A stretch of 64,000 nt of DNA from an uncultured Actinomycetes bacterium (GCA_963812435.1 CAWEUZ010000005.1:67385-131384), one strand, 5' to 3'. Positions 16,168-24,915 are shown, counted from the first letter of the stretch. Translations and numbers: made by a program. The notes: a model not told the origin generated them from the letters alone.

Positions 16168-16728
16168 ATCATCTCCACCAACCAGTTCAAGAACGGCAAC
16201 CACATCGACGTCGAGGGCACGATCTTCAAGATCCTCGAGTTCCAGCACGTCAAGCCCGGCAAGGGCGGGGCGTTCGTGCGCACGAAGCTGCGGCGGACGA
16301 GCGACGGGAACGTGATCGACCGCACGTTCCGCGCCGGCGAGAAGTTCCGCGCCGTGCGGACCGAGGTGCGCAAGATGCAGTTCCTCTACTCCGACGGCAC
16401 CGACGCGCACTTCATGGACTCCGAGTCGTTCGAGCAGTTCGCGATCCCGGAGACGACGCTCGCCGAGCCGCTGAAGTGGACGCGCCCGAACGACGAGGTC
16501 GAGCTGCTGTCGATCGACGGCCAGCCGGCCGACCTGCAGATCCCGAGCGCCGTCGACCTCGAGGTCACCGAGACCGAGCCCGGCCTGCGCGGCGACACCG
16601 CCTCCGGCGGCGGCACGAAGCCCGCGACGCTCGAGACCGGCGCCCAGGTCAACGTCCCGCTGTTCGTGAACATCGGCGACAAGGTGCGCGTCGACACCCG
16701 CACCGGCGACTACGTCTCGCGCGCGTAG
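16168..16728 (+). CDS. efp: elongation factor P
   Basis: (I)ISTNQFKNGNHIDVEGTIFKILEFQHVKPGKGGAFVRTKL... is a full-length EF-P. An in-frame TGA lies at 16159-16161, and the first ATG/GTG/TTG is 36 codons inside the conserved N-domain. I therefore place the start at ATC 16168, with AAAGGA 10 nt upstream. Confidence 0.85.
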   Translation: MISTNQFKNGNHIDVEGTIFKILEFQHVKPGKGGAFVRTKLRRTSDGNVIDRTFRAGEKFRAVRTEVRKMQFLYSDGTDAHFMDSESFEQFAIPETTLAEPLKWTRPNDEVELLSIDGQPADLQIPSAVDLEVTETEPGLRGDTASGGGTKPATLETGAQVNVPLFVNIGDKVRVDTRTGDYVSRA

Positions 16729-16746
16729 GACGGGCGCGAGCGCACC

Positions 16747-17154
16747 GTGGCCCGTCGCAGCGAGCAGCGCCGCAGAGCCGTCTTCGCGCTCTACCAGCAC
16801 GACCTCACCGGCCGCCCGCTCGACGAGACGCTGCCGCGCGACGCGGCGCCGTTCACGCGCGCGCTCGCGCAGGCCGCGCTCGAGCGCCAGCCGGAGCTCG
16901 ACGAGCTGATCGGCCGTCACGCCGAGGGCTGGGCGCTCGACCGCATCGCCCCCCTGGAGCGCTCGATCATGCGGGTAGCGCTGCTCGAGATGCTCGACCC
17001 CGGCGCGGTCCCCGGCGAGCAGCCGATCCCGCCGGAGGGCGCGATCGACGAGGCCGTCGAGACCGCGAAGGCCTACTGCGGCTCCGAGGCGCCGGGCTTC
17101 GTCAACGGGATCCTCGCCGCGGTCCTGCGCGCACGTCAGGAGACCTCGGCATGA
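16747..17154 (+). CDS. nusB: transcription antitermination factor NusB
   Basis: RRRAVFALYQHDL...LDRIAPLERSIMRVALLEM...IDEAVETAKAYCG..APGFVNGIL. It follows efp, as in other Actinomycetota. Confidence 0.9.
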   Translation: MARRSEQRRRAVFALYQHDLTGRPLDETLPRDAAPFTRALAQAALERQPELDELIGRHAEGWALDRIAPLERSIMRVALLEMLDPGAVPGEQPIPPEGAIDEAVETAKAYCGSEAPGFVNGILAAVLRARQETSA

Positions 17155-17336
17155 GCACCGTCGATCCGCTGCAGCACCTCACGCAGCAGCTCGAGCAGGC
17201 GGCCGCGCAGCTGCGCGACGGCGAGCTGGAGCCGCAGCAGGCCGCGCGCCTCGTGGAGGAGTGCGCGCGGATCGCGGGCGAGGCGGCCGCCGAGCTGGAC
17301 CGGCGCGTGCGCTCCGCAGCCGACGACGCGCGATGA
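17151..17336 (+). CDS. xseB: exodeoxyribonuclease VII small subunit
   Basis: 61 aa, helical: LEQAAAQLRDGELEPQQAARLVEECARIAGEAAAELDRRV. ATGA overlaps with nusB upstream and ispA downstream. The xseB-ispA-dxs order is the same as in E. coli. Confidence 0.6.
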   Translation: MSTVDPLQHLTQQLEQAAAQLRDGELEPQQAARLVEECARIAGEAAAELDRRVRSAADDAR

Positions 17337-18220
17337 GCGTCGAGTACCCGGACGACCTGCGCCGGCAGGTCGAGGACTACCTCGGCCCCCTGCGCTTCGT
17401 CGAACCCGAGGCCGCGGGCGCCGCGGGGCTCGAGGAGGCGATGCGCTACTCGCTGCTGGCCGGCGGCAAGCGCATCCGCCCGGTGCTGGCGCTGGCGACC
17501 GCGCGCGCGGTCGGGGAGGACCCGGCGCGCGTGCTCCCGCTGGCCGCCGCGCTGGAGCTGATCCACACCTACTCGCTGATCCACGACGACCTGCCGGCGA
17601 TGGACGACGACGACCTGCGGCGCGGCCGGCCGACGTGCCACAAGGCGTTCGGCGAGAACGTCGCGATCCTCGCCGGCGACGGGCTCTACGCGGAAGCCTT
17701 CCGCCACGTGCTCACGCGGCAGCAGGGAGACCCGTCGGCGATCCTCGCCGCCGTCGGCGAGCTGGCCGCCGCGACCGGCGTCAACGGGATGGTCGGCGGG
17801 CAGTACCTGGACGTGACCGAGCGTGCGCCCGCCGGCGCCGCCGGCCTGCGCACGATCCACGCCCTGAAGACCGGCCGGCTGATCGCGGCGTCGATCGTCT
17901 GCCCGTTGCGTCTCGTGCTGGTGGACGAACCTGCGAGAATCCAGTTGTTCCGTGATTTCGCAAGCGAGCTTGGCGTGTTGTTCCAGATCGTCGACGACAT
18001 CCTCGACGTCACTGGGAGCGATGACGCGCTCGGCAAGCCGCGCGGCAGCGACGAGCGACTCGGGAAGCGCACCTACGTGAGCGAGTTCGGGCTCGCAGAG
18101 GCGCGCCGGCTGGCCGCCGAGTCCTATCGCAACGCCGGTGCGGCGCTTGATCGAGCTGCACCGGGGGGCGCCGCGGAGCTGTCGCAGATCACCGACTTCA
18201 TCGCCACCCGCACCTCGTGA
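17333..18220 (+). CDS. ispA: (E)-polyprenyl (farnesyl/geranylgeranyl) diphosphate synthase
   Basis: The first Asp-rich motif is LIHDDLPAMDDDDLRRG and the second is FQIVDDILD. Confidence 0.9.
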   Translation: MSVEYPDDLRRQVEDYLGPLRFVEPEAAGAAGLEEAMRYSLLAGGKRIRPVLALATARAVGEDPARVLPLAAALELIHTYSLIHDDLPAMDDDDLRRGRPTCHKAFGENVAILAGDGLYAEAFRHVLTRQQGDPSAILAAVGELAAATGVNGMVGGQYLDVTERAPAGAAGLRTIHALKTGRLIAASIVCPLRLVLVDEPARIQLFRDFASELGVLFQIVDDILDVTGSDDALGKPRGSDERLGKRTYVSEFGLAEARRLAAESYRNAGAALDRAAPGGAAELSQITDFIATRTS

Positions 18221-20178
18221 CCGACTCCCAACGCCCCCAGCCGATCCTTCCCCGCATCGAGCGGCCGCTGGACCTGCACGAGCTGGGCGACGCGGAGCTG
18301 ACGCAGCTCGCGCAGGAGGTGCGCGAGCACATCATCGACACGGTGGGGGAGATCGGCGGCCACTTCGGCGCGAACCTCGGCACCTGCGAGCTGGCCGTCG
18401 CGCTGCACTCGCTGCTCGACTCGCCGACCGACAAGATCCTCTGGGACGTCGGCCACCAGGCCTACCCGCACAAGGTGCTGACGGGCCGCCGCGACCAGCT
18501 GCCGACGATCCGCAAGTACGGCGGCCTGACGCCCTTCTGCTGCATCGAGGAGTCCGAGCACGACATCATGGGCGCCGGCCACGCCTCCACCTCGATCGGC
18601 TACGGGGTCGGGCTCAAGGAGGCGATGCGCCACGGCAACGGCCCCGACGGCAAGGTCGTCGCGGTGATCGGCGACGGCGCGATGACGGGCGGCGTCGCGT
18701 TCGAGGCGGTCCACCAGGCCGGCGGCCTCGGCACCCCGATCGTCGTCGTGCTGAACGACAACGGGATGTCGATCGCGCCCAACGTCGGCGCGCTCTCGCG
18801 CTACTTCAACCGCGTGCGCCTGAACCCGAAGTGGTGGCACGCGCGCGAGGGCGTGGAGGGCGGCCTGACGAAGCTGCCCGCCGGCCTCGGCGCGCGCTTC
18901 GAGCGGCTCGGCCCGCAGCTGAAGGAGTCGATCAAGGCGTTCTGGGCGCCGGGGCTCTTCTGGGAGGAGCTCGACTGGGCCTACATGGGCGTCGTCGACG
19001 GCCACGACGTGCCGCATCTGCGCGAGGCGCTGCGCGAGGCGCTCGCCGCCGACCGCCCGGTCGTCGTGCACATCGCGACGGTCAAGGGCAAGGGCTTCGC
19101 GCCGGCCGAGGACGGCGGCCTGGAGGGAATGGAGAAGTGGCACGCCGCGAAGCCGAAGTCGATCGCGAACGGCGCGCCGGCGCCCGCGGCGAAGCCCGCC
19201 ATCGGCGCCGTCTCGAAGCCCGCCCCGCCGCAGTACACGAAGGTCTTCGGCGAGGCGCTCGTGCGCGAGTGCGAGCGTGACGAGCGAGTCCTCGGGATCA
19301 CCGCCGCGATGAACACCGGCACCGGGCTCGACATCCTCCAGAAGGCGCTGCCGGACCGCTACTTCGACGTCGGCATCGCCGAGCAGCAGGCGCTGCTGTT
19401 CGCCTCCGGGCTCGCCCTGCAGGGCGCGAAGCCGGTGGCGGCGATCTACTCGACGTTCCTGCAGCGCGCGTTCGACCAGATCGTCCACGACGTCTGCCTG
19501 CAGAGACTCGACGTCGTGCTCGCGATGGACCGCGCCGGGCTCGTCGGCGACGACGGCCCCACGCACCACGGCGCGTTCGACATCGCCTACCTGCGGCCGC
19601 TGCCGAACATCGTGCTGATGGCCCCGCGCGACGAGGCGATGCTCGTGCACATGCTGCGCACGGCGCTCGTTCACCACGGCCCGGTCGCGCTGCGCTACCC
19701 GCGCGGCGAGGCGGTCGGCGTCGCGCTGCCGGAGGAGCCGCGCGCGCTGCCGATCGGCAGCGGGGAGATCCTGCGCGCCGGCACCGGCGGCAAGGTCGCG
19801 CTGCTCGGCTACGGCAGCGGCGTCGGCAAGGCGCTCGCGGCGGCCGACCTGCTGCGCGAGCACGGGATCGAGGCGACCGTCGCCGACGCGCGCTTCGCAA
19901 AGCCGCTCGACGCGGGCCTCGTCGCCCAGCTGATGGCCGAGCACGAGCTGCTCGTGACGGTCGAGGAGGGCGTGCTCGCCGGCGGCTTCGGCTCGGCCGT
20001 GTGGGAGACGCTCTCCGACGCCGGCCTGCCCTCGCGGATCCTGCGCGTCGGCCTCCCCGACCGCTTCGTCGCCCACGGCGCGCCGAAGCTGCTGCACGAG
20101 GAGGTCGGCTTCACCGGCGAGCGCATCGCCGAGCGGATCCTCCAGCGCCTCGCGACGCCGCACCGCGTCAGCGCCTGA
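18217..20178 (+). CDS. dxs: 1-deoxy-D-xylulose-5-phosphate synthase
   Basis: 653 aa with GHFGANLGTCELAVALH, the GDGAMTGG ThDP motif and a transketolase-like C-terminal part. GTGA overlap with ispA. Confidence 0.95.
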   Translation: MTDSQRPQPILPRIERPLDLHELGDAELTQLAQEVREHIIDTVGEIGGHFGANLGTCELAVALHSLLDSPTDKILWDVGHQAYPHKVLTGRRDQLPTIRKYGGLTPFCCIEESEHDIMGAGHASTSIGYGVGLKEAMRHGNGPDGKVVAVIGDGAMTGGVAFEAVHQAGGLGTPIVVVLNDNGMSIAPNVGALSRYFNRVRLNPKWWHAREGVEGGLTKLPAGLGARFERLGPQLKESIKAFWAPGLFWEELDWAYMGVVDGHDVPHLREALREALAADRPVVVHIATVKGKGFAPAEDGGLEGMEKWHAAKPKSIANGAPAPAAKPAIGAVSKPAPPQYTKVFGEALVRECERDERVLGITAAMNTGTGLDILQKALPDRYFDVGIAEQQALLFASGLALQGAKPVAAIYSTFLQRAFDQIVHDVCLQRLDVVLAMDRAGLVGDDGPTHHGAFDIAYLRPLPNIVLMAPRDEAMLVHMLRTALVHHGPVALRYPRGEAVGVALPEEPRALPIGSGEILRAGTGGKVALLGYGSGVGKALAAADLLREHGIEATVADARFAKPLDAGLVAQLMAEHELLVTVEEGVLAGGFGSAVWETLSDAGLPSRILRVGLPDRFVAHGAPKLLHEEVGFTGERIAERILQRLATPHRVSA

Positions 20179-20260
20179 TCTGTTGCACCGGAAGTTACAA
20201 TAGTGTGACGCGCCTGCTGAGTCGGGCTCGGCAGGGCCTCAAAAGGGTTAGGGGGACGGC

Positions 20261-20896
20261 ATGGGACAGGTCAGACGCCTGCTGCTTCTGCCATTGATCG
20301 CCTTGACAGTGACGATGGCTCTCGCGGCCAGCGTCGCCACGGCGAACAGAATCAGGCTTAACAACTGGACCAGAGGGATCAGAACGGCTTGGTCGTCGCT
20401 GACGTTCGAAGCAGGAGGCGCCAGTGTTAGCTGCGGCGTCACGTTGGAAGGCACGTTCGATTCACAGACCTATGCCAAGACAAGAGGCTTGGTCCTCGGA
20501 CGCATTCCGAGAGCGGCCGTGGGCACATGCACCGGCGGCACCGTGGGCGTCCTATCGGAAACCCTGCCATGGCGCTTTGCCTGGTCTTCGTGGACTGGAA
20601 CGCTACCCAACATATTGGGCTTCACATGGTTCACGTGGCGGGGGGCGTTCCACATAAGACCCACTGGCTCCTTGAGATGCCTACTGCTCACCAGCGAAGC
20701 CAATCCCGGCGGTTTCCTCCTGAACACCACCCCAGCCGCAGCGGGCGTGAATCTGATCACCGTCAGAGCGCTCGAAGAATTCACGATACCCCTCACGGGT
20801 GAAGCCTTCTGCTCTCTGTTCTCCGGTCGTCTGAGCGGCACCGGAACCGTCACTGTGAACGGCGAATCGGCGAGGCCGAACATCGAGCTAATATGA
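20261..20896 (+). CDS. hypothetical secreted protein (visibly lower GC)
   Basis: It has a signal peptide (LLLLPLIALTVTMALAASVATA) and GGGGGA upstream of the ATG. Several Cys are spaced through a beta-rich body. I recognise no family with assigned function. Confidence 0.55.
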   Translation: MGQVRRLLLLPLIALTVTMALAASVATANRIRLNNWTRGIRTAWSSLTFEAGGASVSCGVTLEGTFDSQTYAKTRGLVLGRIPRAAVGTCTGGTVGVLSETLPWRFAWSSWTGTLPNILGFTWFTWRGAFHIRPTGSLRCLLLTSEANPGGFLLNTTPAAAGVNLITVRALEEFTIPLTGEAFCSLFSGRLSGTGTVTVNGESARPNIELI

Positions 20897-20909
20897 GCTG
20901 TCCACCCAC

Positions 20910-21992
20910 TCACCTGATCCGGAAGTCGGCATGCCGGATCAGCGCAACCGCGTAATCGACCCAGAACGTCCCGGTCGGCGGCGGGTCCGGTGTCTTGCTG
21001 CACTCGCCGGCGGAGCGGCCGGGGTTGCCGATCCAGAAGAGCCCGTCGAGATGGCGGAACGCGTCCGGCGGGGCGGTCGTCGGTCTCGGCCCGAGGCCGG
21101 CGCCCGGCGGGTTGCAGTGGAACGTGTTGCCGTGGGCGACGCGGTCTCTGGGGCGCAGCGGCCCGCGGCCGTTCGTCGCCGTGTTGACGACGAAGTGCGG
21201 TCTGCCGCCGAGCCGCTTGACGAGGCGACGGCCGTACTCGATCTCGCGCAGCGTCCAGTCCTGGTGCGTCGAGTTCGTGAAGAAGCCCTGGATCCGCCCG
21301 ACGCCGATGCGCTTCAGGCGCGCCGCGATGTAGCGCGGGTTGTGCGCGTCGGCGGCGCCAGCGTCGACGTACACGACGGCGCGCGGCACGGTCGCCATCG
21401 AGGCGATCGCGCTGCGCAGCTCGGCGGTGCGGACGCGCTCGCCGTGGCGCGAGAGGCACCGCATCGTGATCAGCGCGTCGATCTCCATGAAGACGATCGC
21501 GCGGTGGTTCCCGAGCCCCTGGGCGAACTTCTCGTACCACTTGCGATAGCGGTCGGCCTCCGCGCGCGTGTCGCCGTAGCCGCCGCAGCTGACGTGCTTC
21601 AACCGGTACGTGGCGATCAGCGGCACCGACCCGGGCAGCGCCGCATCGGCCTGCGCGAGGTACTGCGCCACGGCCGCGCCCGGCTGGTCGTTGAAGGCGC
21701 CGAAGCGCTTCGTCTCGGGCTGGTCGGCGATCGTCTGCAGCAGCTGCGCGGCGTCGGGCCGACGATGCCGGATCTGTCGGATGACCGTCCCGGCGAGGTT
21801 CTGCCCGGGGTTCGTGAACAGCGTCGCGCCGAGCAGCGGGTTCCCGGGCGGGGGCGGGGGCTCCAGCCCGAGCGGATTGACGAGGTCGCGCTCGCCGCTG
21901 ATCGCGCCCAGACGCACGGCACCGTCGGCGGCGAGCGCGCCGGCGGGCACGAGGAGCAGCAGGGCGAGTGCGATGAAGCAGCGTCGGAGCAT
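20910..21992 (-). CDS. secreted GH6-like glycoside hydrolase family protein
   Basis: A signal peptide is present. Blocks align by eye to GH6 cellulases: YRKWYEKFAQGLGNHRAIVFMEIDALI, VYVDAGAADAH, QGFFTNSTH, HFVVNTATNGRGP, LDGLFWIGNPGRSAGEC. Confidence 0.7.
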   Translation of the reverse strand: MLRRCFIALALLLLVPAGALAADGAVRLGAISGERDLVNPLGLEPPPPPGNPLLGATLFTNPGQNLAGTVIRQIRHRRPDAAQLLQTIADQPETKRFGAFNDQPGAAVAQYLAQADAALPGSVPLIATYRLKHVSCGGYGDTRAEADRYRKWYEKFAQGLGNHRAIVFMEIDALITMRCLSRHGERVRTAELRSAIASMATVPRAVVYVDAGAADAHNPRYIAARLKRIGVGRIQGFFTNSTHQDWTLREIEYGRRLVKRLGGRPHFVVNTATNGRGPLRPRDRVAHGNTFHCNPPGAGLGPRPTTAPPDAFRHLDGLFWIGNPGRSAGECSKTPDPPPTGTFWVDYAVALIRHADFRIR

Positions 21993-22073
21993 CGGACGGA
22001 CGGCCTCCTTCGTTCGTCCCGTCTCTCAACCTGGACCTACCCGCAGGTCGCAGCTACATGCACGCGCTGAGCG

Positions 22074-23495
22074 CTACGTGATGCGGAAGTCGGCGTTCCT
22101 GATCAGCTCGAGCGCGTAGTCGACCCAGAACGAGCCGGTCGGCGGGGCGTCCGCCGAGTGGGCGCAGCTGCCGGCCGAGCGGCCCGGGTTGCCGATCCAG
22201 AAGAGGCCGTCGAGATGGCGGTACCTCGCCGGCACGTCGGAGGTCGGTCTCGGCCCGAGGCCGCGTCCCGGGGCGTTGCAGCGGAACGAGTTGCCGTGCG
22301 CCACGCGGCTCTTGGGGATCAGCGGCCCGCGCCCGTTGGCGGCGGTGTTGATCACGTAGTGCGGGCCGCCGCCGAGCCGCTTCACGAGCCAGCGCGCGTA
22401 GCGGATCTCCCTGCTCGTCCAGTCCTGGTGCGTCGAGTTCGTGAAGAAGCCCTGGATGCGCTCGACGCCGACCCATCTCAGCATCCGCGCCATGAAGTCG
22501 TGGCTGTGCGCGTCGGCCGCGCCGGCGTCGACGTAGACGATCGCGTGGGGGAGCGCCGACAGCGTCGCGATCGCCGAGCGCAGCTCGTCGATGCGGACCT
22601 TGAGGCCGGTGTGCGACAGGCACGGGGCGGTGATCAGCGCGTCGATCTCGTAGAAGAGGACGACGCGGTGGTTGCCGATCCCGGCCGCGAAGTCCTGGTA
22701 CCAGCGCTTGTAGGCGTCGGCCTCGGCCGGCGAGTCGGACACGTGCCCGCACTGCAGGTGCTTGAGGCGGTAGGTGCTGAGCAGCGGCACGGCGTCCGCG
22801 TCGGTCGCGTGCGCGCGCTGCAGGAAGGTCGCGATCTCGTGCCGCGGGTTGGCGGTCCAGGTGCCGAAGCGCTTCGTCTCCGGCTGGTCGGCGATCGTGC
22901 GCAGCTTGGCGGACGTCGCCGGCGAGCGGTGCTTGAGCGCGTGCGCCACGCGGTTCGCGAGGCCCCACTCCTCGTCGACGAAGAAGCGCGCGCCCTGCAG
23001 CGGGTTGCCGTTCGTCGGCGCGACGGGCAGGCCGAGCGGGTTGAGCGGATCGCGGTCGCTCGCGACGCTGTCGTCGTCGACGATCGTCAGGCGCGCGCGC
23101 TGCGGGTCGACGACTCGCATCGGGTAGGCGCCGTAGATCCCGAGCTTGACCGTCTCGTCGCCCTCCACGTCGCCGTCGTCGTGGATCGGGATCTGGAACG
23201 TCGCCTCGCTCTGGCCGTCCTCGAAGTCGACGCGGCCGGAGACCGGCTCGTACTCGAGGTTCGGCTGCGCGGACTGGTCGTACCAGACGCCGTAGCGCAC
23301 CTCGCCGTGGCCGGAGGCGTCGCTGCGCGCGACGGTGATCGTCGCCGCCCCGGCGCTCTCCTGGACGCTGTAGGCGTCGGAGGACAGCTGCACGGTGCCG
23401 TCGGCGGCCGCCGCGAGGGCGGGCGCGAGCAGCGATGCGGCGAGGACGAGGAGGAGCGTGCGAAGAGAGCGCGGGATGGCCACTGCGTGGTCCAT
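22074..23495 (-). CDS. secreted Calx-beta domain + GH6-like family protein (paralog of 20910-21992)
   Basis: A signal peptide is followed by a Calx-beta-like module (YSVQESAGAATITVARSD..GEVRYGVWYD...SGRVDFEDGQSEATFQIPIHDDGDVEGDETVKLGI). The same GH6-like blocks then follow (YKRWYQDFAAGIGNHRVVLFYEIDALI, VYVDAGAADAH, QGFFTNSTH, HYVINTAANGRGP). Confidence 0.7.
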   Translation of the reverse strand: MDHAVAIPRSLRTLLLVLAASLLAPALAAAADGTVQLSSDAYSVQESAGAATITVARSDASGHGEVRYGVWYDQSAQPNLEYEPVSGRVDFEDGQSEATFQIPIHDDGDVEGDETVKLGIYGAYPMRVVDPQRARLTIVDDDSVASDRDPLNPLGLPVAPTNGNPLQGARFFVDEEWGLANRVAHALKHRSPATSAKLRTIADQPETKRFGTWTANPRHEIATFLQRAHATDADAVPLLSTYRLKHLQCGHVSDSPAEADAYKRWYQDFAAGIGNHRVVLFYEIDALITAPCLSHTGLKVRIDELRSAIATLSALPHAIVYVDAGAADAHSHDFMARMLRWVGVERIQGFFTNSTHQDWTSREIRYARWLVKRLGGGPHYVINTAANGRGPLIPKSRVAHGNSFRCNAPGRGLGPRPTSDVPARYRHLDGLFWIGNPGRSAGSCAHSADAPPTGSFWVDYALELIRNADFRIT

Positions 23496-23573
23496 CGGTC
23501 GGCTGGGGGACGTTCACGAGCGGGCGCGCCTAGGTTCGGACGGACGTCCAGCCGACCGGGCGGTCGGCGCCGC

Positions 23574-23607
23574 TTAAAAGGAACGGCCCGCCGAAGCGAG
23601 CCGTTCC
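23574..23607 (-). terminator. intrinsic-terminator-like hairpin downstream of the 23659-24018 membrane-protein gene
   Basis: On the minus strand, GGAACGGC..(CGG/CCG inner stem, 4-nt loop)..GCCGTTCC is followed by TTTTAA. Confidence 0.45.
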
Positions 23608-23658
23608 CGGGAGGAGAGATGTGTCTATGTGGTGTTGCTGTGATCGGTGGGGGAAGCT

Positions 23659-24018
23659 TTATGAGGCCCGCGTGGAGTAGCGGGTGCCGGCGTAGAGCGC
23701 GAGCTGCGCGACGCCGGCGGCCCCGAGGAACAGCGCAGCGGCGACGTCGTCGGCGAGCGCGAGCGGGACGGCGACGAGCACAGCCGCGAATGCGATCCCG
23801 TAGTCGAACGCCTGATGGGCGGAGACCTGAGCGGGCTGCTGCGCGGCGTCGAGCGCGAGGCCGACGATGCACACGCCGATCAGGACCGAGACAACCGTGC
23901 CGGCCAGCCCGAAGCCCAGCGCGAACGGAGCGACCAGCGCGAGCACGCCGATCGGCAGCTCGAAGGCGCCGTGGAGAGGGAGGGAGATGGGCCGGAGGGC
24001 GGTCATTGCGCTAACCAT
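23659..24018 (-). CDS. small hydrophobic membrane protein (hypothetical)
   Basis: 119 aa with 4 predicted TM-like segments. A terminator-like hairpin lies downstream. No family recognised. Confidence 0.5.
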   Translation of the reverse strand: MVSAMTALRPISLPLHGAFELPIGVLALVAPFALGFGLAGTVVSVLIGVCIVGLALDAAQQPAQVSAHQAFDYGIAFAAVLVAVPLALADDVAAALFLGAAGVAQLALYAGTRYSTRAS

Positions 24019-24120
24019 GGTGCGCGCTTGTGCGGACTTTGTGTGTGAGCTGCCTCACAGAGCCTTGTGGTGCCTCACATGCACGCCGATTTGGCTGCTG
24101 CCGGTAGCGTTTCGCGCGCG

Positions 24121-24915
24121 ATGACGACCAAGGTCAGGCTCGACACGCTGCTCGCGGAACGGGGCGTCTTCGCCTCGCGCTCGCGCGCGGCCGCCTCGGT
24201 GCTCGCCGGCGAGGTGCTGCTCGGCGACGAGCGGCGCCGCGCCGACAAGCCCGGCCAGCTGGTGTCCGACGACGTGCTCGTGGCGGTGACGGCCGAGGAC
24301 GAGTTCGTCTCGCGCGGGGGCCGCAAGCTCGCGAACGCGCTCGACGCGTTCGGGCTCGACGTCGCCGGCCGGCGCGCGCTCGACGTCGGCGCCTCCACCG
24401 GCGGCTTCACGGACTGCCTGCTGCAGCGCGGGGCCGCGCACGTGGTCGCGCTCGACGTCGCCTACGGCGAGCTGAGCTGGCGGATCCGCAACGACGAGCG
24501 GGTCACCGTGCTGGAGCGCCGCAACGCGCGGGCGCTGGATCCCGCGGAGCTGCCCTACGCGCCCGACCTCGTCGTGATCGACGTGTCGTTCATCTCGCTG
24601 GCGAAGGTGCTGCCGGCCGTGCTGGCGGCGACGGCGCCGAGCTTCGACGTGCTGGCGCTCGTCAAGCCGCAGTTCGAGGTCGGCCGCGAGCGGGTCGGCA
24701 AGGGCGGCGTCGTGCGCGACGCCGGCGACCGCCGCGACGCGCTCGTCGCCGCCGGAGCCGCGGCGCGCGGGCTGGGCGCCGCCGTCCTCGCCTTCGCCTC
24801 CTCGGGCCTGCCGGGCCCGAAGGGCAACCGCGAGAGCTTCGCCTGGCTCGCCGAGGCCGGCCGCGCCGGCGCGGCCGAGGACCTCGAAGCGGCCGCGCGG
24901 GAGGTCGAGCCGTGA
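24121..24915 (+). CDS. tlyA: TlyA-family rRNA 2'-O-methyltransferase
   Basis: An S4-like N-terminus (VRLDTLLAERGVFASRSRA) is followed by FVSRGGRKL and the SAM motif DVGASTGGFTDCLL. It sits in the conserved tlyA-nadK-recN order. Confidence 0.85.
   Translation: MTTKVRLDTLLAERGVFASRSRAAASVLAGEVLLGDERRRADKPGQLVSDDVLVAVTAEDEFVSRGGRKLANALDAFGLDVAGRRALDVGASTGGFTDCLLQRGAAHVVALDVAYGELSWRIRNDERVTVLERRNARALDPAELPYAPDLVVIDVSFISLAKVLPAVLAATAPSFDVLALVKPQFEVGRERVGKGGVVRDAGDRRDALVAAGAAARGLGAAVLAFASSGLPGPKGNRESFAWLAEAGRAGAAEDLEAAAREVEP

Noticed and set aside
20183-20205. Promoter-like TTGCAC ... TACAAT hexamers after dxs and upstream of the low-GC secreted-protein gene.
   Set aside because: The spacer between the hexamers is only 7 nt, against ~17 nt required, so they cannot form one sigma-70-type promoter. 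No better -35 element is visible.
23609-23700. A strong SD-like GGGAGGAG followed by ATG (23619) that opens a Cys-containing peptide (MCLCGVAVIGGGSF...).
   Set aside because: The frame never closes and runs antisense through the 23659-24018 membrane-protein gene as Arg-rich junk, as part of the 618-aa shadow ORF. On the minus strand the same bases lie between that gene's stop and its terminator hairpin.
24121-24915. TlyA annotated as a haemolysin or virulence factor.
   Set aside because: The S4 domain plus the FtsJ-like SAM motif and the conserved tlyA-nadK-recN synteny indicate the housekeeping rRNA 2'-O-methyltransferase.
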